Below, piece by piece: positions 55,692-64,000 of a stretch of 64,000 nt of DNA. Position 1 is the first letter of the stretch; every line of letters begins with the position of its first letter. The translations under genes and the position numbers were made by a program. The notes beneath the pieces are model-generated. The model was not told where the DNA came from, did not search any database, and was given only the letters and a program-made list of their open reading frames with translations. The stretch lies in assembly GCA_951406725.2 (NCBI GenBank), contig OX597828.1:23870001-23934000 (forward strand), given 5' to 3'. This DNA comes from Octopus vulgaris (Eukaryota).

Positions 55692-58424
55692 CTAGCTTAA
55701 GGTGACGCGCTCTACGTGCGGGTGAGGTTGTGGTTCTTACTTTCTGTTGCTTCCTTTCTGTTTCTTATCGCCACTTTCTCCCTCTTTGTTTCTCTATCCT
55801 TTCTCATTTTCCCATTCTCGTACTCTTCCTTTCTCTCGGACTTTCCCTCGCTTTCTCTTACTCTTTATCTTTCTCTATCTATATCTCTCTCTTTTTTACT
55901 CTCTTTTACTTGTTTCAGTCATTTGACTGTGGCCAGGCTGGAGCACAGCCTTCAGTCGAGCAAATCGACCCCGGGACTTATTCTTTGTAAGACCAATACG
56001 TATTCTATCGGTCGCTTTTGCCGAACCGCTAAGTGACGGGGACGTAAACACACCAGCATCGGTTGTCAAGCAATGCTAGGGGGACAAACACAGACACGGA
56101 AACATACACACAAATACATATATATATACACATATATATACACAGTTTCCGTCTACCAAATCCACTCACAAGGCATTGGTCGGCCCGAGGCTATAGCAGA
56201 AGACACTTGCCCAAGGTGCCACGCAGTGGGACTGAACCCGGAACCATGTGGTTGGTAAGCAAGCTACTTACCACACAGCCACTCCTGCGCCATTTATCTC
56301 TCTGCCATTTATTAAAAAAATTAGATTTCCACTTTCAAATTACAAATCCGATTCCACTTTACTATGTTGAAAATTTGATTGAAATCGGGCAAAAGGTGTC
56401 CGATCTGGACCACCAAGTGTCCCCCAAAATCAATAAAATCCAAGTTTTCACACCAAAACAACCACTGTAACGCCACAAAACGTCTCTCAATCAATTTCCC
56501 CCCTCAAGTTACCCCCTCCTGTAAATTTGAATCCCCCTTCCAACCCCATTTAGACCCCTTTTTACATAAAAATCCAATTTGTGTCTACGTTCGCCTTCTT
56601 CATTTTATAGATAAGACTGACTTAAGGTGACCCACTCTACGCGCGGGTAGGAGTGTGGATGTTACTTTGTTACTTTCTGTTTTTTATCACCACATTTTTT
56701 GTTTCTCTCTCCTGTCTCTCTCACTTTCCCACTCTCTTAGTCTTCCTTTCTCTCGGACTCTCCCTCGCTTTCTCTTACTCTCTATTGTTCTCTATCTCTC
56801 TCTTTCCCATTTATAAACAAAAGATCTTGAGTACGTTGAGAAAGAAAATATTTTGAACGATCAATCATAAATACCAGGCAGTGACACCGGAAAGGTCTGC
56901 TTCAAGGCAGGCAGCAAAACACTAACATTTAAAAGGGACAGACGAATTTGCGAGCTGAATAAATATAAAAAAAAATATTGGAAACCAAAGTTTGAAGGGA
57001 TAGAATCTGAGGATAGTAGAGTCACCATGGCTGGCATTTCTTTACGATGGACAGCAACGGAGTGGCTGGCGTAAAAATTTGAACTTGATGTATAAGAAAA
57101 TTCCTAAACAACAAGTTTTGAAGTGATTCTTATTCCCGACAGTAGACTCACCATGGCAAGCATTCAAAATTTCTTCATCATGGACGGCAACACATTGACG
57201 ATTCAAAGGCTGGCGCAAATTTTTTAGCTTGATGTAACAGAGAATTCCTAAACACCCGCTCCTGTAAATTTTAATCCCCTTCCAGACCCATTTAGACCCC
57301 TTTTCACATTTTGGTTAATATAACCTGATTTCATTCGGTTCTAATAGGGCCACATTTTATAAGATGAATTTTGTCATAGAGGTCACGTCTTTCATTTGAG
57401 GAAAAAATAGTTCCCATGCAAACTCGCCAGCACTTTTAACATAGGTGTGCATATTTTCAGCTCAACCGACCACATAATGCACACATAATACATATATATA
57501 TATGCGTGTACATATATACACATTATATATATATGTGTGTGTGTGTACGCATTATATATACAAATGTATACAAATTAGATACATGATCGATGGAAACATC
57601 AAGAAGGGAACTGTAAAGGAGTGGTATGAAAAAAAAGAACATAAAAGTATGAAAATTAAACAAAAAATTATTTAGAGAAATGAGTGCAGATATGACAACG
57701 CGGTGGTCATAAGAGTCGTAAAATGCTATGAGGAGGGAAAAAGCATTTTCGAGCAAATTCTCTTGCAACCCGAGAGAAAATTTTATGTGCACAAGCACTT
57801 AATTTGACGACTGCGTTTCATGGATATAGTTCCACTGATCGTGAGAATCAAATGTTGATTGTAACAGTTAGAACTGACAATTTTAAGTGCAGATGTTAAG
57901 AAAATACATGTTACATGTGTTATCAGACATCGTTGCAACGTTTAGAATTGATGATTTTGAGTGCAGCTGTTAAGAAAATACATGTTGCAGCAACTTGAGA
58001 ATGCTGAAATAATTCATGAATATTTTAATCGCACAACAATTTAGACCAAATTTCGTTAATCAGTTAATTAAAAATCATCTTACGCTTTGCTTGAATGGCC
58101 TAGATAAAAAAAACGTATTTGTCTCAAACCGTGCATCACACATATTCCATATGTGTATAAATTTTCAAGAAAATCGGTAGAAAACTTTAGAATTTATGGC
58201 AGAAATTACCATTCATATGAGAATTTGCATTGAAATGTCATACTGACTTTTTGAAAAATCGATGCTGATTAAAAATTATTGTCTTTTTAAAATTGCAGGG
58301 GCATAAGCGACAGCGTGAGTATGATACCCACACACCTGTCAAGTTTCATCAAGATCGGTTGGATAGCCTCGAAGGCGCTACAATAAAAAATTCACAAACA
58401 CACAGACAGAGATATCCATTTATG

Positions 58425-58430
<6 letters not shown>
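55692..58430 (-). mobile_element. Probable non-autonomous Helitron-like composite
   Basis: Minus strand ends cccgcac-gtaga-gcgcg (hairpin)...CTAG|T at 55692. A second degenerate end module lies at about 56616-56810, with internal duplications. The opposite end reads caagtttcatcaagatcgg...cacagacaga...tatata. A family A SINE is nested inside. Confidence 0.5.
55895..56291 (-). mobile_element. SINE family A
   Basis: As the other family A copies. Confidence 0.9.
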
Positions 58431-58465
<35 letters not shown>

Positions 58466-58527
58466 TTATATAAAATATGAATTAGAGATAAATCTAATTT
58501 TTCCTGTAAGTTTGGAACCATACTCCC

Positions 58528-58572
<45 letters not shown>

Positions 58573-58601
58573 TATATTTGTTCCACGTCCTCGCGTTGTT
58601 G

Positions 58602-58655
<54 letters not shown>

Positions 58656-58830
58656 TTGGAATTTACAACAAATGATGAAGACAGGTGTATAAACAACAAA
58701 CAGGTGTATTAGTTTAACGCTCGGAAAGTCTTTTACGTTTGAGCCTACGCTCTTCAACAGAAAGTAACACGATGAAAAAAACAGAGAGAATCAAAAAAGA
58801 TTTAATGGCTAGCGGTCGATCATGGCGATG
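58656..58830 (-). mobile_element. Second copy of the H3 repeat
   Basis: Homologous to 2797-2985. The motif at 58730-58764 reads cttt CTGTTGA a gagc-gtag-gctc AAA cg TA aaag (G of GAAA missing). Confidence 0.55.
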
Positions 58831-60572
58831 GCTGGTATGTATGTACGTACCCATACATTCAGGCAGCATTTTCTCAGTGTTTTGCTATGTTATAACAAGA
58901 AAGTAGCATTAATTTTCTTTTTTTAAGTCCTTCAACTTTTCTCATCTGATCAATAGACCGAGTGATTACCTATCAGTAACTACCTATTATGACCACTGGA
59001 AACATCTTTCAGCCAAATTTACTCTAATAAAGGAAAAACTATGGAATGACGAATATTTATAACCTAACTTATATACATGTGTGTGTGTGTGTGTTTAAAC
59101 AAACAGTTTTAACATTTTTACCACATAGTATAAGATACAATGTTGATGGCGGCAGCTTTAAAATAGATTTTATTCAGTGTGTCAGCAAATGTTAGAAAAT
59201 GAATGAACGCATTTTTCAAAATGAAATATGTCAATATTCATTACACAACCTACCAATTCATTTTATGTAACGTATCGTTCCAATGAAATTGCATAACATT
59301 TCGACAATTTTTCACACACATGGGTCCGACTTGGCAGTTGTGCTAAGTCGTTGTAGTTATTTCGATTGTTTGTCATGTAAGTTCAAATCACGAAGAGTTC
59401 ACCTTATTATTTTATCTTTTCAGAATCGATCAAAACACTACCAAATCATAGCTCTTTAATGAATTAAGACGAGATGCATCACGATTCTTTTTCTTCTCCT
59501 TCTATCAACCAGCGTTCAAATCGCACACTGGCGTATTTGTTTAGTGATGCCTTCTAGCAACCCAGAACTCCTTAGAGTTGTTCGTTCAAATAGCTTTGTT
59601 TCTATTTCCAACGAACAATGTATACCCTGTGAATTACTAGGGGCAATATATTTCTTCCTGGCTATAAAATAAAACCCAAATTACACCGAGTCTGTATCTT
59701 TCACAATATAAAACAATACAATCAACATATGTTATACGCATCAAAACATTTTACGCCTAAACCGGCAGACATCATCAATTGATGCTTCAAAATTTTTACA
59801 CGGATACGGCCATCATCAAAGAAAATTAAATATTTTACGGAACATTTCAATGATGAGATTGTAAAATTTATTGTGCGAGAGACTAATCATTATTATAATT
59901 TTTGTTGTTATTTAAATTCAAAATAAGTATAAAAGTTATGACAAAAAGATATTTTTGATTCTACCCACTTGTCACATTCATTCATGAAACCCTTTTGTGC
60001 CGTGTAAGCGATAACTCCATACATTTTATGAGATGTCTGCACGTAGATTACATAACGTTTGAATGTACACTACATTATTACGTATAAATATCAATGTATT
60101 CTGAATAATTTCGTCATATTCACAAATTTACTATTCATAAAACAATCCAAACATGAAATAAGTTTTACCAGTTTTGTTTCATTAATTTTACGCTCAATGG
60201 GTTGACGAGTTTAATTCCTGTAAAGATCACCTGTAAAACAGGAGCGAGTGATCAATAAATATCTATTAAATCATTTTAAATTAGTGAAAACATTCAAAAT
60301 TGATTTTGTAATGAATTATTGATTTTTTTTTGTTCTTTGACAGTACAATGTGATTTTCACAAATTGTTCAATAGTTTTTCGTCGTTAGATCGATAATTTT
60401 CTATTGTATTTAACGCCTTCGCGTAGCTCAATGCACACAGAATGCTGTATATGTATATATATGTGTAGGTGTGTGGGTGTATCTGTGTATGTATGAGTAC
60501 ATGTGAATGAATGTATATATGTATTTACACACCCACACATATATTTACCAATAAGTCTATCTTTATATATGT

Positions 60573-60617
<45 letters not shown>

Positions 60618-60649
60618 CATACCTAGACAGAAAGAGGGAGATGGATCGC

Positions 60650-60699
<50 letters not shown>

Positions 60700-60797
60700 T
60701 TGTTAAATACGCAGAAATAAATTAATGAGCTATGTATAATTATGTATGTACGCATGCATAAACGAAAATATGTTTATATGTATATGTGCGTGTATTT

Positions 60798-60834
<37 letters not shown>

Positions 60835-61056
60835 AGAGTAAATGAGGTATACATAAAATTACACAAACTTCTACATGAATATATATATGTATATATGTAA
60901 GTATATACGTATATGTACCAGCATAAACCAATATATATATATGAGTATATATATATACTCATATATATATATGTTTATGTGTGTTTATAAGTATGTATAT
61001 ATGTAAATGTTTATAAACATACGTATATATTTATATGTATATATGTGTGTGTGTTT

Positions 61057-61098
<42 letters not shown>

Positions 61099-61627
61099 AC
61101 ATTCATTACATGAATGTAATGTATTTTAAATATTTTCAATACTTCTCTGTTCATCATGAAAGCTAGATAAGAAAATGACGCAAAGGAATTATTAAATTTA
61201 ACATAACATCCCTGAATATATACAACCAGAGAGAGAACGAGAGAGAGAGAGAGACATGTATTCATATTATGCAACAGAGTGAGAAATTGAGGTCAGACAT
61301 TTGACCTTTCTATACAAAAAAGTAATACTACGCAGTAGTTTTCACTGCACTTTATTTCCCAAAATTTCAGTCGTTCGACCGATGGACGTAATCATTGTGT
61401 TCAATTGCAAATATCGATGGAAGAGATTGTATTTTTTTTCTTATTCAATCTCTCCCTGTCTCTCGCTCTGTCTCTGTGTATCTGTCTGTATTTATCTCCT
61501 TCTCTTTCTTTGTCTCCCTCTCCCTCTCTGTATCCCTCCCTCTCTCTCTCCCTTTTTATCTCCCCCTCTCTCTCTGCCATTCTCTTTCCCTGTCATTTTA
61601 AACAGTTACTTATTCATAATACACTCA

Positions 61628-61696
<69 letters not shown>

Positions 61697-61876
61697 GTAT
61701 CTATATATATTCGTGTGTGTTATTTCTATATCTCCATATGTTCCTATATATGTGTGAGCGTCTGTGTATGCGCGTTGTGTACGCGTGTGTGTGTCTGCCC
61801 AGAAACAATGACAGAGAGAGTGAGATAAATGGTTACATAGAGACAGACAGAAAGCTATATATATATATATATATAC

Positions 61877-61917
<41 letters not shown>

Positions 61918-62275
61918 GGAGAGAGAAGTGGCTGGGATATTTGAAATTGGCCGCCATCCACACTCCTTTCTTGTAAGCAGAGGACAGGAAATGACATGGT
62001 TTATATGGTCTAAATGGCAGCTGCCGTCCAAATATCTTGGACTGCGTGTTACGCTAACCAAAATGTCAAGTATGAAAGCCTGAACGGACTTTGAATATCA
62101 GTGGAGTGTCGTAGTTGAGGAAATTGATATTTAGATTGGTACATTACATGCTTGAGTCACACTGTTTTGACAATACGTTGGCGCCCTTAGTATACTGATC
62201 CGTCTCATGACCAGGTCTCACCTGCATATCTATAGTAACATACACACACACACAACACACAAAAACACACACCTA

Positions 62276-62331
<56 letters not shown>

Positions 62332-62398
62332 AGTCTGTCTGTCTGTCTATCTATCTATCTTTCTCTATATATATACTCACACACACACACACACACAT

Positions 62399-62449
<51 letters not shown>

Positions 62450-63807
62450 TAATCAAAATACGCAACAAGGATATGCAAGGGTGGTGTAGTACAATCGTTT
62501 CATGCAACTTCATTTAATTAAACAATTTATTACATAAGTTTTAAAATGTAGAGCACTCTTCATCGACATAAGGAAGTTTTGAAAATTAAATTGACAATGT
62601 TCATTTTTATATTTATTCCATTTGCAAACATTACGAAGAGGGTAGATATATGGACAGAGAGGTGAATTTCATCAATACGGACATGGTAGTAGAAGATTTT
62701 TTTCTCACGGGCAGATCTTTTATCACTGAGTTCACTTTATTATTTAGATTTACCAATGGGGAGGGGTTTCTTTTTATTAAGTTCAGTGGAGACAATCAAG
62801 AATTTTTCTATTTATCGGTAGAGGAAGGGGTAGTTCAAATGACAGAGCCATAAATCCAACCTTATCATGAGGAATTTAACTTTGGTACATTTGAATGTAT
62901 TTTAGCTAAAGTTTGTAGACTGAAGCTAGTGGGGTAGGGAGAATAGAAATGTCTAATGTCCTTAACCATTAAACAGCCATGATTCTGCTTGTGATTTTAA
63001 ATAAATATCCTTTAGATAGTTTTTACCAAAGGATTCTAATAAATTTTAGTATCTTATATAGGGATGGGGAGTATAGAAATCACTTCATATTTATAAAAAT
63101 ATATATATCAGATTATTATTAATATAGATTTATAGTTAGTTAGAAAATACTAATTTATTTTTATTAACGAGTTAAATATATGTTTATATATACATATAAA
63201 CATATGTATAGCTATATATACATACACATATATATATTTTTTTTATATATACATACATATACATATATTTATATACATATACAGGGTATCCCAAAAGACG
63301 CGCACCACCCTGGCTTTTTAAAAGAATACACCCTTACTGATTTCAATAACACGTTATTGAAATTAATCATAACAAATGCTCAACTTGAGCACCCTCTACA
63401 ATAAAACATGCCGAAAATAATATAATAAAATTAAAAAAATCCCAAATTTTATTTAATTTTCTTTGCGGGAGGGACTGTTTCAACGAAGTCGCGTATTGTC
63501 CTTGCCTTCGAAAACGAGGATTACATGAAACAGGGACAAGTGATGAAGGGGAATATTTTTTATGTTGCATGTCCCGTTCAGCGGTTTGTTTTTTTCGTTG
63601 TTCGAACAAATGTTTGTTTTCTATGTTTTTGTTTTTATGTTTTCGTTTCTCATTGTGTTCAACGTTTTTTGATGGCCTATACCCATATATGCATGTATAT
63701 ATACATATATATATTATATTTCATATAATTAATAAATATAAGGGTAGCAAAAAATTCTCCGCTACCAGCGGTCTAGTGAGAAAGAAAAGATAGTCAAAGA
63801 CTATATA

Positions 63808-63863
63808 ATATACATTCAACAATATAAGGAATGGCCTATCAGGGCCATTCCTTATATTGTTGA

Positions 63864-63871
<8 letters not shown>
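63808..63871. repeat. Perfect 29-bp inverted repeat with 6-nt loop
   Basis: atatacattcaacaatataaggaatggcc-tatcag-ggccattccttatattgttgaatgtatat. Confidence 0.95.
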
Positions 63872-63930
<59 letters not shown>

Positions 63931-64000
63931 ATCAAAATGTAAACACATGTAAATCGTCGGCGATTTTTTTCCTTCCGTCTTCTTTTTCTATTGGACTTTC

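Noticed and set aside
62450-63720. Possible further Penelope-like remnants
   Set aside because: Only partial GAAAC-type strings; no complete ribozyme core or RT/GIY-YIG motif found.

Overview
AT-rich, microsatellite-saturated eukaryotic DNA (intronic or intergenic) with no confidently identifiable host gene. The repeat content (tRNA-headed CORE-, Meta- and V-domain SINEs, dense (TA)n/(TATC)n/(TATG)n tracts) suggests an octopus/coleoid genome; this is an inference. Almost all ORFs in the track are microsatellite or SINE artefacts. Protein homology is confined to transposable elements: a 5'-truncated CR1-type LINE ORF2 (17.9-20.4 kb) with an in-frame deletion of an RT catalytic motif, an R4/Dong-type RLE retrotransposon end inside an (AAT)n tract, Tx1-, RTE- and I-type LINE fragments, and internally deleted mariner and Tc1 transposons. 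A telomere-repeat-bearing foldback MITE and a probable Helitron are also present. The most notable signal is non-coding: six type I hammerhead ribozyme motifs from three unrelated repeat families. All sit in short elements next to (TA)n tracts, several have an asymmetric inverted-repeat layout typical of Penelope-like pLTRs, and one family has a non-canonical core. Three weak host-exon candidates are noted. All calls were made by eye; coordinates of degenerate copies are approximate.
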